24,606 nt of DNA from positions 1 through 24,606 of the IMG/VR virus record IMGVR_UViG_3300030095_001178. One strand, 5' to 3'. A model generated the notes under the pieces. The model saw only the letters and a program-made list of their open reading frames with translations. It did not search any database and was not told where the DNA came from. The DNA is from a virus. Lineage: Duplodnaviria > Caudoviricetes. How positions within the stretch are numbered: the stretch's first letter is position 1; every line of letters begins with the position of its first letter. Below, one piece after another: positions 16,606-24,606 of the stretch. Made by a program: the position numbers and the translations under genes.

Positions 16606-17030
16606 GCCGCTACTCTCCAGCTATTTCTAAATTCTCTGCTTTGTGGCAGTTGATTCTTTTTACAAATTTTCATCTTAACACTGTTGCTTTTGTTGTAGTT
16701 CCTCCAAATATTTTCTGGTACGTCTTTCATAATTAAATACAACAACGCCTCTTTTTCTGTTTTTGGACCTTCTCTTGGTGTTGTGCTGAGAAGATCATGC
16801 GTTTCTTTTTTATGTTTTACAAAGTTTGGTCTAGCTTCGTCAGCGTGTAACTTCCAGTAAACCCAGATTGGAGGAAACACGCCCCCGTGCATTAATGCCG
16901 CCATAGCCTCTGGACCGGGGTGATACACAGCACAACAATCCATGTCTATGTCTTCGTACACTACACAATATTCAGTGTGAAAAGGTGTTAATTCTTTTTC
17001 TGCTTTGCAAATTCTTTCGTACATGTGCAT
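16602..17030 (-). CDS. tail-fibre-associated hypothetical protein (142 aa)
   Basis: Coupled to both neighbours (TAATG and ATGA); YLIMKDVP and LPQSREFRNSW motifs. Confidence 0.7.
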   Translation of the reverse strand: MHMYERICKAEKELTPFHTEYCVVYEDIDMDCCAVYHPGPEAMAALMHGGVFPPIWVYWKLHADEARPNFVKHKKETHDLLSTTPREGPKTEKEALLYLIMKDVPENIWRNYNKSNSVKMKICKKNQLPQSREFRNSWRVAA

Positions 17031-17356
17031 TATGGGTAAGTACCTAGTGCTAGAAATGTGTGATAACCTGTGTCAAAACGCCCGTTGGTATCTTTAACAT
17101 CGTCAAACATAACCCCACGAACAGTTCCCGCTGCCCTAGAACGAACAGTGCCTATACCCGCCTGATCTGACCCCGGACCTGTACCATTAATAAAAGAGGC
17201 ATAATTTCCAGAATCTAAATCTACGTCTATATTTACAGTAGTATCACCACTCTGATGATCTGTTGAACCACTAGCGTTATGTGATGTTGTTACTGTTGCT
17301 GCATTTACAAATGCCCACATACAAGCCCCGTGGTGATTAGGTCCATAATTACTCAT
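17030..17356 (-). CDS. small beta-rich protein resembling a fibre distal/tip domain (108 aa)
   Basis: TAATG-coupled to the fibre stop; W.FVN....SHN.S..TD...GD.TVN......NYA pattern. Confidence 0.6.
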   Translation of the reverse strand: MSNYGPNHHGACMWAFVNAATVTTSHNASGSTDHQSGDTTVNIDVDLDSGNYASFINGTGPGSDQAGIGTVRSRAAGTVRGVMFDDVKDTNGRFDTGYHTFLALGTYP

Positions 17357-20300
17357 TATTTACTCTCCATCGCCGCAATACGGCTTTCCAACTCTTCAAT
17401 CTTTTTATGTGCATCTTGCAAAGCTGACACAATAACAGGCGTGATGCGTCCGTAGTCCATGTGCATCATTGCACCCTCGTCATCATCAGTAGTTGATACA
17501 GCGTCTGGCACAATTTCTTTCATCTCTTGTGCAATGAAGCCCATGCTGCGGGGGCCGTTAGGATCAGCTTTCCAAGCGTAGCTGACAGGGTTCATAGCCA
17601 TCAGCTTGTCGGTTGATTGTAACGGTTCAATGTCTTGCTTGAGTCTGATATCAGAAGTGGTGGCATAGGTTGTGCCAGCAGCGGCTAAATCAATAGAGCC
17701 TTTGGTATTTCCTGCCTGTTGAAACAAAGCGACTGTTCCCACACTAGACAAACGATTTAAGTAAAGCGCAGTTGAACCATCTCTTGTTGCTTGAACATAA
17801 CCAGAAAGACCAAATTCATTACCAGCAACACCAATGTTTTCAGCGGTTTTGCCGTGTAGAATGTTTCCGGTGGATATGAACCTAGCCCTCTCGCTGCCGC
17901 CAGAATAAAATTGTAAAGAACGAGCAGAGTGTTCATAATTTATCAGGCCATCAGTGGATGAGGAGCCATTAGGAAAAGCTATTGCAGCACTGCCAGAATT
18001 ATTTGAACCACCACAGATACTAAGTCCTACATGGGTTTCACCCTCTACAATAAAAGTATCATAGCTTGTGTTAATTGCGTATCCACCGTTTCTTGAACTT
18101 TCAAAAACGTGCAGTTTTGACGTAGTGTGAGGGCTGTTAGTGTTGATGCCGATAGCATCATTGCCGCCATCAACAAACAGCATATTTGCAGCACCGTTGG
18201 ACTCAACACGGAAGTCTACGTCTACGCTATCCTCGTTAAACACTGTTTCATCAGAATGGAGTTTCATACGGCTGTTTCTGGAGCCAGCCTTCATAGTGCT
18301 AAAGGTCATGTGTGCCGACTCTGAACCATCCGCTACAGCGGTTGCCCCGACAAATATATCGCCATACTGCGTGGATTCACCAGCATTGTTGTCAATATTA
18401 AATTTAATTTGACCACAGTTGTCACCGTCAGCAGGGCTAGAGCTTTCTCTTTCCAACACCAGTATTGGCCCAATACTGCCATCTGCGTCAGTGCATTTTA
18501 GTGTAAGCTGTTGGTCATTGTCGGCAGTTGTGATTGTGCAGCCGTCACCAGCAGTAAATGCACCAGTAATTGTTGCGCTATCTACGTACGCATCCTTCCA
18601 CCGCACAGAACTGCTGCCCAAGTCAACGTCACTGTCAGACTGTGGGCCAAAGATGTTGTCACCCAAGTACACTTGTTCCACGTTGGCTGCGTAGAAGTGT
18701 ATTTCATCTGCAGTCTCAAAGTCAATCTTGGTTTGGTCATCCTCACCAATCTTGATGTCAGTAGCAAGCAGGGAGGTGATGCCTGTCTGTGCAGCGTCAA
18801 CTGTAATGGTGAGGTCAAACGGATCACCATCACTGCCAGTAGACGTGTCAGTAAAGTTGGTTGTTACACCTGAACCAATGATCTTCAGTTCTTTGGCGTT
18901 GTTAATTGTAACTTCTGTGCCATCATCATCTTCAAGCTGGAAACTGTTAAAGCTACCTGCGTTGTTGTCTACGTATGCTTTGACAGACTGTTGTGTAGGA
19001 ATAAGAGTTGCACTGTCAGATGACATGTCGTCTTCATCAACAAATGCTGTAACTGTAATAGAACCATCAGCCAAACTACCAAACGTAATCGTACCAGTAG
19101 TTGTTATGGCACTTGATCCGTTATCAATAGCACCGAATCCGCTGGTGATGCTGCCACTGTTTATCGCACCCGTTGTAACAATGTTAGAACTTCCTGCTGC
19201 TGGTGCTGCTGCTATATCCGACAGCACCTCTGATGCAGAACGTCCTTCAATGGATGTACCGTCAATACGTAGGAAGTCATTGTCGGCAGCACCGCTGGTA
19301 AACACAGGCAGGTTGCCGTTGGATATACCAGTAGACAAAGTAGCTACTGTGGTAATTGCTGTGCCATCCAGCGTGATTGCGTCAGCTTCCAGAGTGCCAT
19401 CAAAGTCTCCGTCTACTGCGTCTATGTTACCCTTAAATATAGTTGATGTTACAGTGCCTGTACTTGGATTGTAAGTAAGGGTGCCATCCATCTCTAGGCC
19501 AACATTACCTGTGCTGGTTGTTGCGTTTTCTACAAACGTGATGAGGTTTTCTTCGTTTGTGCTTTCGTTGTCAGTTACTAAAACGTGGGCAGAATTGGTT
19601 GCGTCAGTAACAGTCACACCCGCAATAACAGTATTTAGTGCTGTGCCATTGACAGTGATTGCATCAGCCTCAAGTGTACCGTCAATGTCGGCATCGCCAG
19701 ATATATCCAAGCTTGCAGCATCAACTTCACCAGCCACAGTAAGAACACCACTAGCCACAGTCATCAAGTCTGTGTCGCCCGTGTGTCCAATGGTTGATCC
19801 ATTGATAATTACATTGTCTACAGTCAGGGTTGTCAACGTGCCAACAGACGTTAGGTTAGGCATCGCTGTAATTTCGTCATCAAAATAAGCAGCTAAATCA
19901 GTGACCGCCACCTGTTTCATAGTTCCAGCATCGTTGAAGACAACACGGTCTGCATCAGCTACGGTAGTAGAACTGGCAGTTGTGTCTCCATCAAGAATGT
20001 TTAGTTCAGCGGGAGTAGAAGTGATATTTGTGCCACCAATATCCAGCGTAGTGACTGATATCTCCCCGGCAACAGTTACTACACCATTTGCCAAAGTAAT
20101 AAGGTCTGTATCGTCTGTGTGACCTATTGTTGTGCCGTTGATAAGTACGTCATCAATGTCCAACGAACCACCAGTGATAAGCCCTGTTGTTGTAATTGTT
20201 GACGATCCTGTGTCAATCGTACCAAAACCAGACGTGATCGAACCAGAGTTAAGTGCGCCAACAGTGGTGGCAGCAGTGGTAACTAGATTTGGCATTGCTG

Positions 20301-20958
20301 TGATTTCGTCATCAAAATAGGCAGCTAAGTCTGTGACCGCTACCTGTTTCATGGTTCCAGCGTCGTTGAAGACAACACGATCAGCGTCAGCCACAGTAGT
20401 AGCGGATGCGGAAGTATCGCCGTCAAGGATGTTTATCTCTGTTGTAGTGACTGTTGCACCATCAAGTATCTCTAGTTCTGCTTCAGATATACCAGCACCA
20501 CCGATTGTTAGTGTGCCAGATATGTCTACGTTACCATCCATATCAATGGTAGTGGCAGCAATTTGTATTTCTGTGTCGGCAATCAGGTCAAGCTGCCCAT
20601 CAGCACTAGAGTGAATGTAAATTGCTGTGTCGCGGAACTGCAATTTTTCTGTACTGGCAACAAGTATGTCGTCCGAAAACTCAAAGTAGTCTTCGTCTTC
20701 CATCCACTTTAGTACACCGTCGTTTGTTTCTCCATCGAAAGTGATGGTAATGTCTGTGCCAGATGTGGCCGCACCAAATGTTAGTGTGTTACCAAGAAGT
20801 TTGGTAATCGGTCCACCCTCTGCATCAGTGCCGTCGTGTGTGTGCCCTGTGCTTGAAGCAAACGCAGCAAGAAGTTGATTGAATTCATCATTTGTATCTG
20901 CAGCGGAGATTATGTCTCCGTCAGCGTACGATGACTGTCTGGTATAAGTTGCACCCAT
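17356..20958 (-). CDS. long tail fibre with internal repeats and C-terminal Peptidase_S74 intramolecular chaperone (1200 aa)
   Basis: N-terminal anchor-like YTRQSS..DGD.I.A...N.EF; T/D/G/S-rich beta repeats; DFRVES and IGINT.SP...LHV motifs; C-terminal TSDIRLKQDI..GFIAQE..DYG..coiled coil. Confidence 0.92.
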   Translation of the reverse strand: MGATYTRQSSYADGDIISAADTNDEFNQLLAAFASSTGHTHDGTDAEGGPITKLLGNTLTFGAATSGTDITITFDGETNDGVLKWMEDEDYFEFSDDILVASTEKLQFRDTAIYIHSSADGQLDLIADTEIQIAATTIDMDGNVDISGTLTIGGAGISEAELEILDGATVTTTEINILDGDTSASATTVADADRVVFNDAGTMKQVAVTDLAAYFDDEITAMPNLVTTAATTVGALNSGSITSGFGTIDTGSSTITTTGLITGGSLDIDDVLINGTTIGHTDDTDLITLANGVVTVAGEISVTTLDIGGTNITSTPAELNILDGDTTASSTTVADADRVVFNDAGTMKQVAVTDLAAYFDDEITAMPNLTSVGTLTTLTVDNVIINGSTIGHTGDTDLMTVASGVLTVAGEVDAASLDISGDADIDGTLEADAITVNGTALNTVIAGVTVTDATNSAHVLVTDNESTNEENLITFVENATTSTGNVGLEMDGTLTYNPSTGTVTSTIFKGNIDAVDGDFDGTLEADAITLDGTAITTVATLSTGISNGNLPVFTSGAADNDFLRIDGTSIEGRSASEVLSDIAAAPAAGSSNIVTTGAINSGSITSGFGAIDNGSSAITTTGTITFGSLADGSITVTAFVDEDDMSSDSATLIPTQQSVKAYVDNNAGSFNSFQLEDDDGTEVTINNAKELKIIGSGVTTNFTDTSTGSDGDPFDLTITVDAAQTGITSLLATDIKIGEDDQTKIDFETADEIHFYAANVEQVYLGDNIFGPQSDSDVDLGSSSVRWKDAYVDSATITGAFTAGDGCTITTADNDQQLTLKCTDADGSIGPILVLERESSSPADGDNCGQIKFNIDNNAGESTQYGDIFVGATAVADGSESAHMTFSTMKAGSRNSRMKLHSDETVFNEDSVDVDFRVESNGAANMLFVDGGNDAIGINTNSPHTTSKLHVFESSRNGGYAINTSYDTFIVEGETHVGLSICGGSNNSGSAAIAFPNGSSSTDGLINYEHSARSLQFYSGGSERARFISTGNILHGKTAENIGVAGNEFGLSGYVQATRDGSTALYLNRLSSVGTVALFQQAGNTKGSIDLAAAGTTYATTSDIRLKQDIEPLQSTDKLMAMNPVSYAWKADPNGPRSMGFIAQEMKEIVPDAVSTTDDDEGAMMHMDYGRITPVIVSALQDAHKKIEELESRIAAMESK
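19852..20430 (-). repeat. 147-bp intragenic duplication in the fibre gene (copies 20284-20430 and 19852-19998)
   Basis: ILDGDT[S/T]AS[A/S]TTVADADRVVFNDAGTMKQVAVTDLAAYFDDEITAMPNL, 47 of 49 aa identical, offset 432 nt; DNA differences are mostly synonymous. Confidence 0.95.
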
Positions 20959-22731
20959 TTATCTTCTCGCTCCTAATTGGTATTCTAGCTGAAACCCTTT
21001 TAGAGAATACGCATCTGTTTCTCCGCCGTCATTAACACGAAGTGCCACCGCAAATCCTGAACCTTCTACGGCCTGTCTAATTAAGGGTTGAGATGGACCG
21101 TCATAAACAGGAGTACCATACGTCGATACACCATATATTCCAGCTATTCTTGTTGCGTCTAAGGCGTACGCAGAAGGTCTTGCAGAGTTTCTTCCCTCGT
21201 AGTCGTACCTTACAATTAAGTCTGCATCGATTGTGGACGCAGGTTTAAAATTTACAATGACTCGCTGCATATGTTTTCGTATGCCGGGGTCATTCATGGT
21301 AAGGTCAGGACTTCTATACCTTCCGTTTATAGTTGTCCCTGCAAAAGTTTGTCCCTCTTCTTGTCTATACACGTACCCGTCAAATCCCCCGTGTATCACG
21401 GTCACATTACCAGCGTCTATAAACGTACTTGTCGAAGAAGGCTTTATTCCTTTTGTTGTTGAAAACTCGTAGCCTTTACCACCCTGTTGACTTTTTAGGA
21501 CACATATAACACCCTCTGTTAAAAGTTCGGTTTGTCCCGCTTTACTAAAAAATATTCGATACTGTGTTTTTTCTGGTATAACTATAGACTCAAACAAAGA
21601 AGCATCTGCTATGTTCTCATCAAATACGGATTGTACATTTGCACTTATGGTGCCCAATTCCACGTCACCAATTCTTGCCGTTCCTGAAACTGTGCGTAAT
21701 CCGTCAGGCCCAAGAAACAGAAGATCACCTGCAAATTCTTGAATAGTCTTGCCGTTGATACACCCAATGTCGCGTGTGACAGGCTGCACAGCAAAGTCAC
21801 TTAGTGAACTGCCAGTGAGTTTAAATATCCTGTTTTCACAAAAAATAAACAGTGACTCACGAAAAACTTTGAGGCCAACAATATTATCGTCAACCTTGAT
21901 GCTACCTGCACCAGACCCAGAACTAAACGCATCTTCATCAAACGGCTGGCTAAATATAAGTTCTTGTGGGCCAGAGTTTGCAGTGAGGGGCATACCGGCG
22001 TAGAACATGTGTTCACGATACGCTGTTACAATGGACGCTCCTGTTACTGTGTTGCTACTTACGTCAGTAGCAGCCATAGCCGTACTAAACACGGTAGGAG
22101 CGTTTACTCCGTCTACAACAATAAGCTTATCGTTGCCGTCAAAATTAAATCTTTCAAACGCATACTTACCGGCACTTGTTCTTCCTGAATCTCTCTCTGT
22201 CCAAGATTCTGACACAACTGTCCTAGAGGTATCGCTGGTAGCAGCATGTGCTGCTGCAGTTGTGCTGTTTGCTGCGCGAGTAACACCTGTAAAAGTTGTA
22301 GATGTTACACCCGTGTACGTAAACTGTTCGCTGTTTATCTGCAAGGTGCCGCTAGATGTAAATCCTGTTGTAGACGCTACAGTAATTGTGCCTGATCCCG
22401 TCATGGATGTGCTTGAAGAAATTGCAGAACTTGATCCCGTGCCTAACGAAGTAGTGCCAGCACTAAATATCTTCTCTCCCCTTGCAGCTACAACTTTATT
22501 TGCAAAGGTAGCTACCATAAGAACTTTTTCATCAGATGAAGATGTTTGGGGTACTATCTGTCTTACATGCCTTTGAAACCCTTTGATGCGTTTGTAGCCC
22601 CCCTCAATGTCAGGTTCAAAGTTTGTTAATTCTACAGCTTGTCCGGGTTGCATAATGAATGTTGATCGATTGGCAACTAGCCCTCCTTCACACACAAACG
22701 GAAATGCAGCGGTTTCACTAAGGTCAGCCAC
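20959..22731 (-). CDS. tail nozzle / tail tubular protein B-like (P22 gp10-like) beta-propeller protein (590 aa)
   Basis: GTG start; beta-rich; LFIFCENRIFKLTG, DIGCI...IQEFAGDLLFLGPDGLR, DL..P..RK patterns; lies between adaptor and fibre. Confidence 0.75.
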   Translation of the reverse strand: MADLSETAAFPFVCEGGLVANRSTFIMQPGQAVELTNFEPDIEGGYKRIKGFQRHVRQIVPQTSSSDEKVLMVATFANKVVAARGEKIFSAGTTSLGTGSSSAISSSTSMTGSGTITVASTTGFTSSGTLQINSEQFTYTGVTSTTFTGVTRAANSTTAAAHAATSDTSRTVVSESWTERDSGRTSAGKYAFERFNFDGNDKLIVVDGVNAPTVFSTAMAATDVSSNTVTGASIVTAYREHMFYAGMPLTANSGPQELIFSQPFDEDAFSSGSGAGSIKVDDNIVGLKVFRESLFIFCENRIFKLTGSSLSDFAVQPVTRDIGCINGKTIQEFAGDLLFLGPDGLRTVSGTARIGDVELGTISANVQSVFDENIADASLFESIVIPEKTQYRIFFSKAGQTELLTEGVICVLKSQQGGKGYEFSTTKGIKPSSTSTFIDAGNVTVIHGGFDGYVYRQEEGQTFAGTTINGRYRSPDLTMNDPGIRKHMQRVIVNFKPASTIDADLIVRYDYEGRNSARPSAYALDATRIAGIYGVSTYGTPVYDGPSQPLIRQAVEGSGFAVALRVNDGGETDAYSLKGFQLEYQLGARR

Positions 22732-22732
22732 T

Positions 22733-23797
22733 CTATACAGCCCTCATGTAATTCTTTCGGTTGAGTAATTCAATCCGCATACGCTTGATTCCATCCTCAT
22801 ATTCTTTTAATGAAAACTGTGCAGCCTGTACGTCGGAACGAAACATGTGCGTGTAGTATTTTGCACGGGCATTTACTACCGGTTCGAACCGCGTCGGAAT
22901 AATCGACGTATCAGTTGCCGAAGATAGATCAGTATGGGCAACGTAATAATCAAACTCTAACGTCCTGTTACTTGTGTCGGGAATAGGGGTAAGACCTATT
23001 TCGTCGTTATATGTGGTGTACACATACTCTGGGTCAGCAAACTTGTCCGTATCTGGACGAGTATCACGTTCACGAAACGCATCGTTATACTCTTCGTATG
23101 ATAAATACTTTAATGGAATGGGTAGTACATCTTCGCTAAGTTCAACCAGCTTAACAAACGCTGCGTTACCTGATGCTTCAACAAAACTTACGTGGTGTGT
23201 CGTAGCCGTAGCCGTAAACGTAGTTTCGGTAAGAGATACCTCGTTACCGTTGGCAATAGTAAGCGTAGCAGATTTAGTTTGTGATCCACCTGAACTGGTT
23301 CCTATTTTAAGGGTAAGTGTTGCCCCGCTAGTTTGTGTAAGCACAACGTAAGAACGACCTACAATGAGGTCGGTTATTTCTTGGGATGCTTCTGCGCTAG
23401 TAAGCAGCAGAGTGTTGCCAAACTTAGAACTTGCAGCGGGACTACCCGATACTGTCGTCCATCCAGTTATGCTTGCAGACCCCGACACTTCATACGTGCC
23501 GTTGGTTATGTAGTTTTTTGGACGAAGAAACATTGTATCGTAGTCAACATACTTTAAAGTTGACGCTATACTTGCGTGGCTGTACAAAGACTTACCTGCG
23601 ATTACGTCAACAGAACCAGCAGCACGGGTAAACGGCCAGTTTAATTCAGAGTTGATAAGATCAGTAATCGAACGATTAACATAATCTTTCACTGTAGTTT
23701 GCACACCACGGGAAGTTGCAAAGGTAGAACTGGTCAGTTCAACTTCGTTAAAGTCCCGTAGTACATTGTTAATTAGAGTAAGATACGTGCTTGCCAT
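22733..23797 (-). CDS. head-tail adaptor / tail tubular protein A-like protein with inserted domain (354 aa)
   Basis: TYL.LIN.VL...NEV, WPF, P.Y......I.L.P.PD..Y.L.F.Y, IP.RF..V motifs; position upstream of the nozzle. Confidence 0.75.
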   Translation of the reverse strand: MASTYLTLINNVLRDFNEVELTSSTFATSRGVQTTVKDYVNRSITDLINSELNWPFTRAAGSVDVIAGKSLYSHASIASTLKYVDYDTMFLRPKNYITNGTYEVSGSASITGWTTVSGSPAASSKFGNTLLLTSAEASQEITDLIVGRSYVVLTQTSGATLTLKIGTSSGGSQTKSATLTIANGNEVSLTETTFTATATTHHVSFVEASGNAAFVKLVELSEDVLPIPLKYLSYEEYNDAFRERDTRPDTDKFADPEYVYTTYNDEIGLTPIPDTSNRTLEFDYYVAHTDLSSATDTSIIPTRFEPVVNARAKYYTHMFRSDVQAAQFSLKEYEDGIKRMRIELLNRKNYMRAV

Positions 23798-23808
23798 ATT
23801 AGTACCCG

Positions 23809-24015
23809 TTAAGTTTCGCTATCCAAATCTTCAAGTGCTTCAAGCTTGTCTTGAGCGTCCGCCCAACTAGCGACTGCCTTGTCCATTTCCTCAAGCAGTT
23901 GCGGATGTTCACCGATAGCCGCCGGGTTATTTGTGTAGTTTGCGTATACAAATAGCGCATCTTTTTTCTGTGCCTCGTACTTGTGCTTTAGGGCTTCGTA
24001 GGCAAGTCTTTTCAT
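23809..24015 (-). CDS. small helical-hairpin hypothetical protein (68 aa)
   Basis: ATG at 24015 with GGGAG RBS at 24022-24026; NPAAIGEHPQLLEEMDK turn between two helices. Confidence 0.8.
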   Translation of the reverse strand: MKRLAYEALKHKYEAQKKDALFVYANYTNNPAAIGEHPQLLEEMDKAVASWADAQDKLEALEDLDSET

Positions 24016-24034
24016 TTCAGTCTCCCTGTACAAC

Positions 24035-24063
24035 ATTATACACCTATTTATTTAAATTAGCAA
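24035..24063 (-). promoter_or_regulatory. sigma70-type promoter TTGCTA-N17-TATAAT
   Basis: Minus strand TTGCTA (24063-24058), 17-nt AT-rich spacer, perfect TATAAT (24040-24035), then the RBS. It occupies the largest intergenic gap of the arm. Confidence 0.8.
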
Positions 24064-24066
24064 GGA

Positions 24067-24606
24067 TTATTTTCTTGACTTTTCGATTGCTGTGAATGTT
24101 TCTCGCAGGGTAGGGGGCTTTTCATGTTTGGGATCGTACTTGCATTGTATCTCTCGTGGGAAGTATTCTCCCATGTCATTCCAAACACTATCCACCGTGT
24201 TGTTAGGACCATGATATATACATAGCCTTTCTCCGTCTATGTTGCTACATCCCTTCAGTCTGCACGTCACATATTCAGGCCACGTTTCTGCATTAGCTAA
24301 CGTGCCTCTAAGAAATGCCACGAACCCGTAAAGTATTCCTGCAGCGAACAATCCCATCAGTATCCACGCTACTATCTCTACAAACTTACGGCGTCGTTGT
24401 CTTTGTTTGTACAGGGTTTCTTGGCGTTGCTTGCGGATGGACCCTTCCATACGAACAAGTTCTTCCCACTTGGACCTTCCAAGCGTCATGCCAATCCACT
24501 GTTGTAGTTCGTAGCGTTGCTGTTGGGCTTTTTGTTTAGCAGCGAATGTTTCTATTGCTTCTTGTTCTACAGACTTACCCGCAAACAACTTTTTAAATAT
24601 AGGCGG
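24067..24606 (-). CDS. single-pass membrane protein with C-terminal 4-Cys domain (5'-truncated by window edge)
   Basis: The frame is open to the window end (PPIFKKLFAGKSVEQEA...). Basic RQRRRK, TM segment FVEIVAWILMGLFAAGILYGFVAFL, then four Cys. Confidence 0.75.
   Translation of the reverse strand, partial: PPIFKKLFAGKSVEQEAIETFAAKQKAQQQRYELQQWIGMTLGRSKWEELVRMEGSIRKQRQETLYKQRQRRRKFVEIVAWILMGLFAAGILYGFVAFLRGTLANAETWPEYVTCRLKGCSNIDGERLCIYHGPNNTVDSVWNDMGEYFPREIQCKYDPKHEKPPTLRETFTAIEKSRK

Noticed and set aside
19852-20430. Fibre duplication as a DGR template/variable repeat pair
   Set aside because: The differences are largely synonymous third-position changes and not adenine-specific, both copies are internal and in frame, and no reverse transcriptase is present in the window.
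18127-23631. Many + strand ORFs up to 248 aa opposite the tail genes
   Set aside because: They are antisense shadows of T/D/S/G-rich genes, mostly in codon register with them, with no RBS or motifs.

Overview
A gene-dense 24.6 kb segment of a tailed dsDNA bacteriophage, most likely a marine podovirus. The gene content resembles SIO1/cobavirus- or HMO-2011-like phages of alphaproteobacteria; this placement is an inference and was not checked against a database. Two gene arms converge. The + arm (1-5595) is the end of a replication/nucleotide module: Cas4/RecB-like Fe-S exonuclease, T7 endonuclease I homologue, DUF3310 protein, B12-dependent class II ribonucleotide reductase (nrdJ), T5orf172/GIY-YIG-like nuclease, a PD-(D/E)XK nuclease and small ORFs. 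The - arm (24606-5592) is the end of the virion module: membrane protein, tail adaptor, tail nozzle, a 1200-aa tail fibre with an S74 chaperone, fibre-associated small proteins, a holin-like protein, probable ejection proteins and a small basic YGG-repeat/EF-hand protein. The main non-coding observation is that the arms meet with overlapping stop codons and no intergenic space. Each arm appears to have its intrinsic terminator hidden antisense inside a Lys-rich codon stretch of a gene of the opposite arm (5759-5789 on +, 4958-4997 on -), which predicts about 830 nt of sense/antisense transcript overlap. Also present are a long hairpin just after nrdJ and a near-consensus sigma70 promoter inside the structural arm. 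I saw no rRNA, tRNA, CRISPR array, integrase or IS element.
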